Positions 13,057-23,965 of a DNA stretch of 64,000 bases are shown one piece after another. The first letter of the stretch is position 1. Every line of letters begins with the position of its first letter. Origin of the DNA: Azolla caroliniana. Its lineage: Eukaryota; Plantae; Polypodiophyta. Position numbers and translations under genes: made by a program. The notes beneath the pieces were generated by a model. It made no database searches and was not told where the DNA came from. It worked only from the letters and a program-made list of their open reading frames with translations. The stretch is from NCBI GenBank assembly GCA_043228905.1, contig JBHGNT010000004.1, forward strand, positions 25,792,001 to 25,856,000, given 5' to 3'.

Positions 13057-14788
13057 ACAAGGCTGCAAAAGAAGAACCGTATGGAAAAAACTCATGCAAG
13101 ACCTTATGTTTCTACTCCTATATGCCAATGATGTGTTTATTCTCTTATACTTTGGATGATATGCAACACTTACGAGGAAACATTTTGTCAAATAAGCGGT
13201 CTAACTCCTAATGTGAACAAAGCAAAAATGATCGCTATAAAGACAATATGACCAAGACACTACCCCATTTTTACATACAAGGGAAAACCAATTGGTGCAA
13301 AGCTTCAAATACCCTGTTATTAATGTCCCATCGACAAATAAATGGAATGTATACTATTAGTCTAGACTTCAAGAAGGTTGGGATAGTTATTATATGTTTG
13401 AGAAACACGCAACCATTGTCTTACTCAAGGATGGAAAGTGAGATTGATGTTATTCAATCCTATGGTTGTCCAAGTATTGCTTTACGGAGTGGAAGTATGG
13501 GGTAGCATTATCTCACGTAGTATGTAGAATGAAATAGAGAAAATTCAAGAATTGTTTTTATGTAGACAATTGGGCATTGAATCCTCAACATCCTATCATT
13601 TCGTGCTATTAGAAACAGGTGCTCAGCCCATAGAGGTACTCGCCATTCAAAGATATACAAGTATATCACAAAAGTCAAGAATATGCCTGATCACAAATTG
13701 CCAAAACTAGCTTGAAATATAGGATGTAAGATGGAAAAAACTAATAAGAGCAAAATTCTCTCATCTGTCTAGTTGCTTGACATTATGAAATGGTTTAAAA
13801 GATGTGAGAAAAAGTCTATTGGAACTCTAAGGTAATGCTATGGCGTATGTGATCCTCGAGGATAGCTGACTAAAGGAACTAAGGATGAAGTAGCAACATG
13901 CTAAATTGTCAAAATTGGAATAGTACATTGCAAATGTTAGCCTTAATACAAGGTAAAAAACATCAGAACATATCCAACCATATCTTACTATCCCCATGAA
14001 CCTTGGCTCTTGGAGAGCTTCACCACTTCTTCAAACTCAGTCACAAAAGTTAGGTTGAAGATATGCAAGGTGCGTAATGAAAACCAACAGCAGGATGAGT
14101 ATCACTTACTTTCTTGCATGCTCAGCATATAAAGTAATTCACAAGAATTCTGATAACTTGTTAGGCGGGCATTATAATTCAAATTTCATTCAAATCTTCA
14201 CCAAGACGGGTGAGCACATATGTCCATGCATTATTCTGACATACAGTTATTATGAAGTAGTAGTAACCCCCCATTTGAGAAAGCAGTCAATGACCAGGAA
14301 GAAGACCAAACCTTCAAGTGATACAATGCCCCTTAATAGTAAGGGTATAATGACAGTACTGGCAGAAAAACAAAAACAATATAAAGATCATAATGCTAAA
14401 AACAATGGTCAGGAAACCACAATCGCATATACTACAATAACCCATAATACTAGAAATAAAAGTAGGAAACCCGAAAGTTTCATATATCAGATTGCCTTCC
14501 TAATGTTAGAACAAACATTGTTTGTATGTTCATAAATAAATAAAAACATTAACGCAAAAGTTAAGTAAAAGAGGACGCACTAACCCTAGCAGAGATATTC
14601 GGAGTGGTGTCAGAGATCACATGGTATTTGGCAAGGACAACGCCCTTGAGGTTGAGCTCTTCTGAGAAGCATTTGCTATCAGAAGCATCGATATCAAAAC
14701 GGATACAGGAGACGATAATACTGAAAAGAAAAATTGCAGCGGCCATGGCCCACATGGTTATTAGAAAAAATCTCATCGCTCTAGCCAT
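12356..14788 (-). CDS. Transmembrane emp24/p24-delta (TMP21-like) GOLD-domain cargo receptor
   Basis: Four exons: 14788-14585, 12980-12771, 12692-12616, 12500-12356. Signal peptide, [72 protein letters not shown], C-terminal TM and tail LKSFFTKNKLL. Confidence 0.93.
12994..13055. repeat. (CT)n microsatellite of about 30 units in p24 intron 1
   Basis: Uninterrupted CT run. Confidence 0.95.
13370..14100 (+). mobile_element. Degenerate LINE (non-LTR retrotransposon) ORF2 C-terminal fragment in p24 intron 1
   Basis: Plus frame reads MVVQVLLYGVEVWGS...*NEIEKIQELFLCRQLGIESSTSYHFVLLETGAQPIE. LLYGxEVWG is typical of the RT-distal LINE region; in-frame stops are present. Confidence 0.7.
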
Positions 14789-14839
14789 AGCCTACCCCCC
14801 TGCAAACCTTAATTTTGGAGTCTGATACGATTACCACTT

Positions 14840-15175
14840 TCTCAAAGCCCTAAATTCGTGCCTCGGGTCCCATGAAAAGATGAATCACTTCCTAAGACCA
14901 CTAATTTCGTCGGAAAAAAAACCTAACTTCTGTGTCTAATGAGATGAAAAAGATGGCCAAGTTCCTGAAAACCCTAATTCCTGCTCTGAATTGATGAATC
15001 CACTGCCAAAAGCCCTAATTTCTGCCTCTGATGAGATGATCCACTAACTGAAAACCCTACGTTTTACTTGGGAGGAGATGAGCCTCCATTGATGAGATGA
15101 ACAGGATTAGCCCTAAATTCTGCCCTTGAATGAGATGAACAGCATGCCCCACATCCTGAGAAACCCTAATTTCAG
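14840..15175. repeat. Degenerate array of telo-box-containing units in the p24 leader
   Basis: About 7-8 copies of (A)AACCCTAA or AGCCCTAA, followed by TTTCTGCC... and GATGAGATGAA, at roughly 40-55 bp spacing. Confidence 0.7.
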
Positions 15176-15341
15176 TGTTTGACAGATGCAAGCTCTCATG
15201 GGTCTCAGCCTCGGAATCTCTTTAAATGCATGGGAAATAGTTTCGTTATTTTACAAAATTGTTCCTCTCAACTAATCTCAATCAATCAAAGTGTCGACAT
15301 TTCATCAATGAACGGAGACACGGATAATGTAATAAATTATA

Positions 15342-16342
15342 GGGAAAAGTACCAGAAAGTTCGTCTATTTACCAGAATACCCCTGGAAGTTCCAAATTTA
15401 CCAAACTACCCCTATGTCCAAAAAAATAGACTTTATAAAATAATTATACACTCAAATCTACAAGCCCTATTTACCAGAATACCCTTCAAACACAAATTTC
15501 TTTACTTAAGCGATTCTTTGGGTTATTTGTAGCTAACAGTGTAGTCTTTCTTTTCTTTCTTGTTCGTTGGGTTGATCAATCGTCTTCACCATCAAGATAT
15601 GGAGTTACCTTGTGCATTATTAGATATTTTATTGAGTCGATAGATATATTTGATTTTGTGGATATTTTTGGAATTACAGGTTTTGTAGACGGATCAAAAT
15701 TAACATGTAATTATTACATTTCAATAATTAATTTTGGTTTGCAAGTATTTTTTAAATTGAGGAGATTTAGTTGTGATTGCATTTTACTAACAAAATTTAG
15801 TGTAAAATCATCAAACTTGGTTTGGCATTTTAATAGAAAAGTGTTATGTAAGATTTCGTTTAAAATGACATTTTGGCCGCAAATTGTTTGTGAATCCGCA
15901 AATTCATGGAATTTGGCTTCAAAATGGCATCCCAATGGTAAAATTTGGTGTGCAATCAAATGTTTTGGTTTTAAGATTAAGTTTTGGTCACTTCAATCAC
16001 AAAATTTGGTTTTATGGGATTAAGGCAGTGTAACTCGGTGCAAATTCATAGATTTGGATTTTAAGGTGACCTTTCAATATAATTTTGATAATTTAGTTCG
16101 ATTTATGATGTATTTTGAAAAATAAAAGTGGTATAAATTGGTCAAAATAGGTATATAGTAACATTATGGTAAATAAGGTTAGATTTAAGGGTACTCTAGT
16201 AAATAAGGCTTGTAGATTTGAGTGTATAATTACTTTATAAAGTGTATTTTTTTGGACATAGGGGGTAGTTTAGTAAATTTGGAACTTCCCGAGGAATTCT
16301 GGTAAATAAACGAACTTCCAACGGTATCCTGGTACTTTTCCC
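15342..16342. mobile_element. Non-autonomous Mutator-like element (MULE), 1001 bp
   Basis: TIRs of about 150 bp (GGGAAAAGTACCAG...CTGGTACTTTTCCC). Perfect 9-bp TSD TAAATTATA at 15333-15341 and 16343-16351. No transposase ORF. Confidence 0.92.
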
Positions 16343-16395
16343 TAAATTATAATTTATATACGATATATTGCACACAAAATGAATCTCTGTACATA

Positions 16396-16692
16396 TGTGA
16401 TATAAGTTTAAGTTTGAAGTTGTTGTTCTTCATTTGTTTCTTGGATATTTTGGTATAACTCTAGGAGTGGATGTCCTTCTCCCCCAAATTGAATTCAATC
16501 TACAGCTATCTGGGTTTGTTTCGAGGAATGAAGAAGGAGAGTAGAGAGAGAGGGAGGGAGATCCGAGAGGGAGAGAGAATGAACGAACTAATAATGTATG
16601 CCGTGATTCCTCACATAGAAGGAGAACAAGTGTAGTATGACTCAAAACTTCCATCTCCTAGTATGAAAATTTAACTCACATTACCCCTCCTA
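16396..16692 (-). mobile_element. Candidate 3' LTR with adjacent polypurine tract
   Basis: TGTGA...TCACA termini at 16396-16680. A PPT-like TAGGAGGGGTAA immediately precedes the TG on the minus strand. Confidence 0.5.
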
Positions 16693-17541
16693 GTCGCATA
16701 ACCCTAACCCCTTCAGCTTTATGCTCTAAAAGCAATGCAACAAGCTTATGGGGGAATTATTTAACCTTTGTCTTTCACTCTCAAACCTCGATGCCTGAGA
16801 TGACATGTGCCCTATATGGCTTCCTCACATTCATTGCAAAACAAGAGTTGCGGCTCTATGGTTGTTACAAGCATACACGTGGTTGCATGTGTAACATGCA
16901 ATTACGAGCCAATGAAGAATAGAATCGACAATTGAATGAACCTTTGATCTTGAGCATTATGGTTTTGGATGCAAAACGTTGTCTAGGCACAATACTAATG
17001 GGCAAAGGGTTATGTAAATGGATAAAGTAATATTGTGCACATGGCCCTTGCTATCCATTTTTTATTAGGTGATGGTTGCTTATGTTTAGAATGAACAATC
17101 TTGATCTAGGGTTGGTGTCTTGGACCTCTATGTGGTAACGTGGAACATATGGAACATTCCTAGTTCTTCGAGTGACTTCATTTGTCACAGCTCAAGGAAT
17201 ATTCATCAAGGCAAGAGAACTTCGACTTACCCTTACATATGTTTATCGATTACAATCATCATAGAGTAATATTGGTCAGTATTAAGTGATTAGGTGATCA
17301 CACGAGTGATACCGGGAGGCACTGAGGGTTTGCCCGAGCAAGTTGATCATGGACCACGACTCTAAGGCATATTCATTAATTTGGGTAAGGAAACTACGCC
17401 TCGGCATTACATTTGTCGATTTCATTCAACGTAGAGTAATTCTAGTTAATATTGGGAGCCATTGGGTAGTTAGTTTGTGTTGCCCACATGAGAGGTTAAT
17501 GTCGATTGGACATTTACAAGATTATTGAATGATTCATCTCC

Positions 17542-19503
17542 ATGATGAAAGTGAAGACAATTCAAAGAATGGGGCACTCCTCTCCTCATAGAGACAGCTT
17601 CATAGCCAGGCTACGAGCATGTACAGAGTCCAGAGATATTGACGAAGGTTCTCACATACATAGAGAGATTTCCAGCCATGGTTTCCTCTATAAGGACCTT
17701 CTTCTTGGTGCAATGTTGGTCCATTTCTATGCAAGATGTGGCTCTCTTGATGCATCACAACATGTATTTGATACCCTTTTGTATAGAAACGTGGTAGGAT
17801 GGAATGCCCTAATGACAGGGTATGCAAAATCTGAAGGACATGGTATGAATGTCCTTAAATGCTTTGATCAAATGAAGCAAGAAGGCATATGTCCTGATGC
17901 CATCAGCCGTGTATGTACCTTGAAAGCGTGTGGTAGCATAAGGAATGTTGAAAAAGGGCAAGAAATACATGTCGGAATCATAGGAAGTGCTTCTCTGGAG
18001 AAGAAAAACTCTATTCTTGGGAGTGCCTTGATGGATATGTATGCTAAATGTGGTATCCTTAGCAAGGCAAAGCATGTATTTGATGAGCTTTATGTCTGGG
18101 ATGTGGTCTCGTGGACCACTCTTATGTCCACCTATGTGGCACATGGATATGGTGAAGAAGCTCTCGTGTTTTTTGAACATATGAAGCTTCAAGGTATCTG
18201 CCCTGATGTGGTCACATTCGTTTGTGCTTTGAAAGCTTGTAGAAACATTGGAAACATAAACAAAGGATGTGAAATCCATATTGAGCTGGAAAGAAAGGGG
18301 CTTCTAAGAAATAACCTTATTCTCGCAAGTAGTTTGGTTGATATGTATGCCAAATGTGGTGCACTTGCCAAAGCTAAGCATGTATTTGATGAGCTTCATA
18401 ATCGAAACCTTGTGTTGTGGAATGCGTTGATGACTGGATATGTTGAACATGGGTTTTCAGAAGAGACCCTGGAGTGTATGAAAACTATGCAATGTGAAGG
18501 CATTCGTCCTGATTTGGTCTCATTCATTTGTGGCCTCAAAGCTTGTGGTAATAACGGAGCCATAGATAAGGGTGGAGAATTGCACGCTGAAGTTGCTAGA
18601 TGTGGCTTGCTAGAAAGAGACCCAACAATTAATTGTGCACTTGTGGATATGTATGCCAAATGTAGCTTCCTTGAACGAGCTCACGAAGTATTCCATACCT
18701 TGATATTACCTCAAGATGTGGTATTATGGACAGCACTAATCGCCGGGTATGCCGAGAATGGGCATGCAGTGGAAGCTCTCCAATGTTTTGAAAAGATGCA
18801 GAAATGCGAAGTTTCTCCTAATGCTTTAACATTTATGTATAGTTTGAGAGCTTGTTGTGACAGTGGGGCTATGGATAAGGGGTATCAAATGCATGCTGAA
18901 ATTGAAAGGAAGGGACTTTTGGGAAGAGAAATGGCTCTTAACCACAACCTGATAGCGATGTATGCAAAATGTGGTATGCTTACTGTAGCACAGCACATAT
19001 TTGATAAACTTCCGGTTCGAGATTTGGTGGTATGGACACCACTTATCATTGGGTATGCTCAAATCGGACAAAGCCAAAATGTTTTCTATATCTTTGACCA
19101 AATGCAAGAAGAAGGTATAAAACCAGATGCGATTACATTTGTTAGTATTCTTAATGCATGTAGTCGAACATTTTCATCCGAGAAGAGCCACACATACTTT
19201 GAGGCTATGAGCAAAAGATATGGCATTATTCCGACAGTTGAGCATCATTGTTGTATGGTGGATCTTTATAGTCGGGCTGGTCAACTGGATGAGGCCATTG
19301 AGATTATCCGAAAGATGCCAATTTCTCCTAATCTTGGATTGTGGCATGCATTTTTAAGTGCATGCACCAATTGGGGGAATGCATTCCTTGGAAAACACGC
19401 CTTTGAACATGCAAGATCTTTGGATGATAAGGATGCTGCCACTTTCGTCCTAATGTCTCACATCCAAGAAATGGAATTACAAGCTCAAAGAGCAAGCTCA
19501 TAA
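17542..19503 (+). CDS. PLS-class pentatricopeptide repeat protein with truncated E domain (653 aa, intronless)
   Basis: Repeated ALVDMYAKCG / VVSWxALxxGY / PDxVTF triplets. P2-L2-S2 region (YGIIPTVEHHCCMVDLYSRAGQL). E1 motif (PISPNLGLWHAFLSAC) and termination early in E2. No DYW domain. Confidence 0.93.
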   Translation: MMKVKTIQRMGHSSPHRDSFIARLRACTESRDIDEGSHIHREISSHGFLYKDLLLGAMLVHFYARCGSLDASQHVFDTLLYRNVVGWNALMTGYAKSEGHGMNVLKCFDQMKQEGICPDAISRVCTLKACGSIRNVEKGQEIHVGIIGSASLEKKNSILGSALMDMYAKCGILSKAKHVFDELYVWDVVSWTTLMSTYVAHGYGEEALVFFEHMKLQGICPDVVTFVCALKACRNIGNINKGCEIHIELERKGLLRNNLILASSLVDMYAKCGALAKAKHVFDELHNRNLVLWNALMTGYVEHGFSEETLECMKTMQCEGIRPDLVSFICGLKACGNNGAIDKGGELHAEVARCGLLERDPTINCALVDMYAKCSFLERAHEVFHTLILPQDVVLWTALIAGYAENGHAVEALQCFEKMQKCEVSPNALTFMYSLRACCDSGAMDKGYQMHAEIERKGLLGREMALNHNLIAMYAKCGMLTVAQHIFDKLPVRDLVVWTPLIIGYAQIGQSQNVFYIFDQMQEEGIKPDAITFVSILNACSRTFSSEKSHTYFEAMSKRYGIIPTVEHHCCMVDLYSRAGQLDEAIEIIRKMPISPNLGLWHAFLSACTNWGNAFLGKHAFEHARSLDDKDAATFVLMSHIQEMELQAQRASS

Positions 19504-19510
19504 CATCTTG

Positions 19511-19910
19511 ATCTTAGACCAAATGGAAGAAGAAGGTATGAAGCCAGATGCGTTTACATTTGTTAGTATTCGTAATGCATGCAATCGAACATTTTCATCC
19601 GAGAAGAACCACACATACTTCGTGGTTATAATCAAAAGGCATGTCATTATTCTGAGATTCGAACATCATTACTATATGGTTGAACTTCTTCTTGGGGCCA
19701 GGCAACTTGATGAGGACATTGAAATTGTAAGAAAAGATGCCAGTTTCTCCTACTCTTGGAGCGTGGCATGCTTTTTTCAGTGCATGTTTGCATTCTTTGG
19801 AAAGCATGCCTTTGAACATGCAAGATCTTTGGATGATAAGGATGCCACCCTCTTTCTTCCTATTGTCTCACATACAAGAAATGGAAAGACCAGCTCAAAG
19901 AGCAAGATCA
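19511..19910 (+). pseudogene. Tandem frameshifted duplicate of the last ~410 bp of the PPR CDS
   Basis: Matches 19090-19500 (DQMEEEGMKPDAFTFVS...HAFEHARSLDDKDA...HIQEME). Indels split it over ORFs 19508-19921 and 19737-20042. Confidence 0.88.
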
Positions 19911-20977
19911 TGCCATCTTGAAGCTCTCATCAGAAATTTGCGTGAACACACAGCTGATATTTCAATGTTGCATGCACACATCTCAAGTGTTGGGCATTGT
20001 TTGAAAATGCTCAAACATCTAAAAAGGATGCTAACTTCGTGAAGACGTTAGCTATGTATGCCCAAAGCCACACTCGATGATGTAGTGCAACACTCGATGC
20101 AAACTCATTATAGGTACTGATTCTGTATTTCAGGATCAAGTGATTATGATCTCTTGACAGGCACTAGTGACATGGCTAGTACAGTTGAAAGTCCTCAAAC
20201 TTGAATACAATATATAGCAAACATGAACTCTAATAAGCACACTATTGAGAAGATTTCAACTAGATATCAATGTAAGAAGTTACAAAAGAAACAAAAAAAA
20301 TAGCATGCAAAAACACGATAATACGAGGAACAAACACCATCTCCAACTCAACACCAAAACAATGTATCTGTGGTCCATGAACCAAACAAGGCCGCCTTCA
20401 CAATGTTAAAAATGCCATCGTAAGCCATGCAGAATTTCCTTGCAAATCTAACTTTATTGGGTATGTTATATATTTTCTCTTATGGTTGATTTAATGAGAG
20501 GATATGAATAACCAAACTGATACCAGTTAGCAAGATGCCACAGGAGTCACAAGTTCGATGTTACAAAAGTTAGCTTCACTACAAAGCTTCTTGCAATCTA
20601 ACCTTCATCTCTTAACATATGGTGCAGTGCAAATATGGTTTTCTGAAGCAATTTTCCACAACCCATGGAAGGAAAACAAAGCTTCGTTGTAAAAAAAATC
20701 ATGTTAGATTACCCCAATGCTTCATAACATAAGCTTCACGTCGGGGTGCATTGCTATATTTAGGATATCAGCTACGCTGGTGTTCAGACTACAAAAAGGC
20801 TAAGGTTGGGTGGTTAATCTCCAATGGCAGAGAGCAGGATGAATAATCTACTTAAAGATGGACAAGATATACATCCAAACAGCAACATCTTGTGACCATA
20901 TTCATGAAGCTTTATTTGGAATCTTTGCTTCAATGAATCCAGCAAAATAAACAGATTTTTTAACACATACATACAGA

Positions 20978-23965
20978 TTACAGTGTTATGATGTTATTAA
21001 CATTCTGGTTATGATGCTCTTCATGTAGTTTCTTTCCATCGTAAATTAAATCTTCGAGCTCAATTATCCAATCTATCTGAGGCACATGCCCTCCTCTGAT
21101 GAGATGATATAATCTATTCACTTTCTGACAGGTCTCCTTTTCGTTATACCAAGAGCTCCTCTCTACAATGACCTCCTGTACCTCAATATCTTCAATCGAA
21201 GGTAATCCAGGCTTCATCTTCTCAGTAATTGCACGTTTTTGCATTGCTCTAACTTTATCCGCATCTTGTATCATGTCCAAATCAGTATAGATTTTTGCCA
21301 TTAATGCATAAACTGAGGCATCATCTTGGTTCAACTCCACAAGCTTCTCAAAGCAATAATTTCCTAGTTCCACACTTCCATACAATCCACTGCTTGTTAG
21401 TAAAGATGTCCAAACTATGGCATCAGGTTCACAAGGCATTGCTTCCATGAAATTTATAGCCTCTTTGAGGAGACCTGAGTTACCAAGAAGATCAATGATG
21501 CAACTATAATGCTCAATGCATGGTGAAATGCCATGCTTTTCAGTCATCAATAAAAACCAATGGCGAGCTTCTTCAACAAGCCCAGCTTGCCTGCAGGCAC
21601 CCAAAACTCCAAGAAAAATTTCACTGTTTGGCTTTAATCCTTGGTCTTGCAAGACTTCCAAACACTGCCTAGCCTTGTTATAGTTTCCAACACGAGCATG
21701 CCCTGAAATTATTGCACTCCATGATACCACATCTTGATTCGGTGATTGTCTAAATACATGGTCTGCATCATCTAGACCCCCACACTTTGCATACATATCA
21801 ATAAGAGAGTTGCTGACAGAAATACTCTTATCAAATCCACTTTGCATGATCTGATAGTGTAATAATCTTCCTTCTTTCATAGATTCTGCAATACAGCAAG
21901 CTTTTAATGCACATATAAATGATACTCTTATTGGTTTTATACCATCTTTACACATTTTTTTCCAAAGATCAAGGGCAGAACTAGCATTATCATGATATAT
22001 GTAGGCGGTAAGCATTGTATCCCAGGACACAACATTTCTATCTGGCAGTGCGTCAAACACCTTATGCGCCTCTCCTAAGCTCCCACACTTTGCATACATA
22101 TCAATGATGGCATTGGTAACTACCAAATCCATATTGAGTCCATTTACAATGATTTGATCATGCATCAGCCTGCCTTGTTTTAGGGCTCCCATTTTGCTGC
22201 ATGCACTCAAGATGCACAAATATGTAACACTGTCTGCCTCTATATTCTCACTGTGCATCTCATAGAGTAGTTTGAGTGCACAAGTGATACGTTCAAATTG
22301 AGCATAGCCAGAAATCATAACTCCCCAAGAAACCACAACCCGTTTATCCAACTTATTGAACACTGCTCTTGCTTCCTCTAAACTTCCACATTTTATGTAC
22401 ATGTCTATTAGTGCATTTCCCACAATCACATCAGATTTCAGACCTTTCCTTATAATTTGATCATGTATCAATCTGCCTTCTTGTATGGCGACAATGCTCC
22501 CACAAGCTTTCAAAATGCTCAGGAATGTGATTTTATCTGGCTCAATCCCTTTCTTCACCATCTTTGAAAATAGTTCGAGGGCATTATGGCTCTTTCCATG
22601 CTGCACAGAACCTGCTATTATTGAACCCCAAGACACCATATCTGAGTACTGCAAACTGTCAAATAAAATCTCTGCATCCTCAAGGCTTCCACATTTTGAA
22701 TACATGTCAAGAAGGGCATTTCCAGTGATCAATTCATCGCCATAACCTCGCCTGACAATATGCCCATGTAGCAGCCTGCCTTCTTGTAAGATGCCCATGA
22801 TGCCACATGCTTTTACTAAACAAGATAATGTAAGGAGGTCTGGCTTGATGCCACCCTGCACCATTTTCATGTAAAGCTCTAGAGCCACCTCACAGTAATT
22901 ATGCTGAACATACCCTGCAATGACTGCCCCCCATGAAACTGCATTTTTAGTTTCCATTTCATGGAAGACTCTTAGCATTGTTTCTAAGTTACCACATTTT
23001 GCATGCATGTCAATTAGACTGTTTCCAACCACAATATCTGACTGAAATTTGCAGAACATAACCTGAATATGGACGAGACTTCCATGTGTAGACGCCTTAA
23101 CTTTAGCACATGCTCTGAACACTGAAGAAAGTACAAATTTATCAGGTTTCAAACCCTCTTGTTTCATCTGTTCATAGAGCCTTAAAGCAGAAACACCATC
23201 TCCATGTTGCACATAGCCTGTAATAATTGACCCCCAAGATACAACATTTTTTTCCGGTAACTTGTCAAAGAGATATTGTGCCTCTCCTAGACATCCAGAC
23301 TTTGAGTACATATCAATAAGGGTACTTATCAATACAACATTGCTTGCTATGCCAGTTCGCATGATTTGGTGATGTGATTGCATGACCATTACTAAGCTTT
23401 CCAGGTTCATGCATGCTTTCAAGACACCTAGAAACACTACTGTATTAGGAGATATGCCCTTTTCTTGCATTTCGTCAAATAAATCAAGAGCTTGAATATT
23501 GTGTTGATGGATTGCACATCCCGATATTATAGTGCCCCACGAAATGATATCTGGACAAGCCAGTTTTTTGAAGACCTTCCAAGCATCATCAATGTTATTG
23601 CATTTTACATACATGTGAACCAAGATGTTACTGAAGCTCGGCGTAATTTCGAGCTTTCTTCGCAATACCTCTGCATGTATCAGCCTGGCCCATATGATGG
23701 ACTGTACTGATATGCATGCTTTCAAAAGATTGAAGACAGTGATCTGGTCAGGAATGACACCTTTTTGCTGCATACAATAGAAGCACTCCAAAGCCTTATC
23801 ATATTCACCTGATGAGACGTGTGCCTCTATGATACCATTTTTTGCAAGCAAACTAGGTTGAAGAAGATCAGAAAACCTGCCTTTTGCTTCATGTAAAGAA
23901 GTGGCAAATGTGCAAGCAAACTTCTCTCTTACTGTGATATTGACTGTTATCCTGCTGCAAACCAT
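20978..23965 (-). CDS. PLS-class PPR protein, E1-E2 plus truncated DYW-like (E+) tail (995 aa, intronless ORF)
   Basis: Long array of PLS triplets (LIDMYxKCG / VVSWG / PDxITF), HGISPCIEHYSCIIDLLG, E1/E2, then KPGLPSIE...GGHVPQ. No HxE or CxxC deaminase motifs. An upstream exon cannot be excluded. Confidence 0.93.
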   Translation of the reverse strand: MVCSRITVNITVREKFACTFATSLHEAKGRFSDLLQPSLLAKNGIIEAHVSSGEYDKALECFYCMQQKGVIPDQITVFNLLKACISVQSIIWARLIHAEVLRRKLEITPSFSNILVHMYVKCNNIDDAWKVFKKLACPDIISWGTIISGCAIHQHNIQALDLFDEMQEKGISPNTVVFLGVLKACMNLESLVMVMQSHHQIMRTGIASNVVLISTLIDMYSKSGCLGEAQYLFDKLPEKNVVSWGSIITGYVQHGDGVSALRLYEQMKQEGLKPDKFVLSSVFRACAKVKASTHGSLVHIQVMFCKFQSDIVVGNSLIDMHAKCGNLETMLRVFHEMETKNAVSWGAVIAGYVQHNYCEVALELYMKMVQGGIKPDLLTLSCLVKACGIMGILQEGRLLHGHIVRRGYGDELITGNALLDMYSKCGSLEDAEILFDSLQYSDMVSWGSIIAGSVQHGKSHNALELFSKMVKKGIEPDKITFLSILKACGSIVAIQEGRLIHDQIIRKGLKSDVIVGNALIDMYIKCGSLEEARAVFNKLDKRVVVSWGVMISGYAQFERITCALKLLYEMHSENIEADSVTYLCILSACSKMGALKQGRLMHDQIIVNGLNMDLVVTNAIIDMYAKCGSLGEAHKVFDALPDRNVVSWDTMLTAYIYHDNASSALDLWKKMCKDGIKPIRVSFICALKACCIAESMKEGRLLHYQIMQSGFDKSISVSNSLIDMYAKCGGLDDADHVFRQSPNQDVVSWSAIISGHARVGNYNKARQCLEVLQDQGLKPNSEIFLGVLGACRQAGLVEEARHWFLLMTEKHGISPCIEHYSCIIDLLGNSGLLKEAINFMEAMPCEPDAIVWTSLLTSSGLYGSVELGNYCFEKLVELNQDDASVYALMAKIYTDLDMIQDADKVRAMQKRAITEKMKPGLPSIEDIEVQEVIVERSSWYNEKETCQKVNRLYHLIRGGHVPQIDWIIELEDLIYDGKKLHEEHHNQNVNNIITL

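Noticed and set aside
14840-15175. CRISPR-like repeat-spacer array (also considered for 30400-31804, 32785-33215 and 53855-54070)
   Set aside because: The repeats are degenerate or contiguous without unique constant-length spacers, there are no cas genes, and the context is eukaryotic and intron-rich.
20340-20977. Frameshifted remainder of a DYW deaminase downstream of the minus-strand PPR
   Set aside because: I found no HSE/HAE, KNLR or CxxC motifs by eye in the minus-strand sequence.
17600-23710. Antisense ORFs overlapping the two PPR genes
   Set aside because: They are shadows of the coding strand with no motifs or independent signals.
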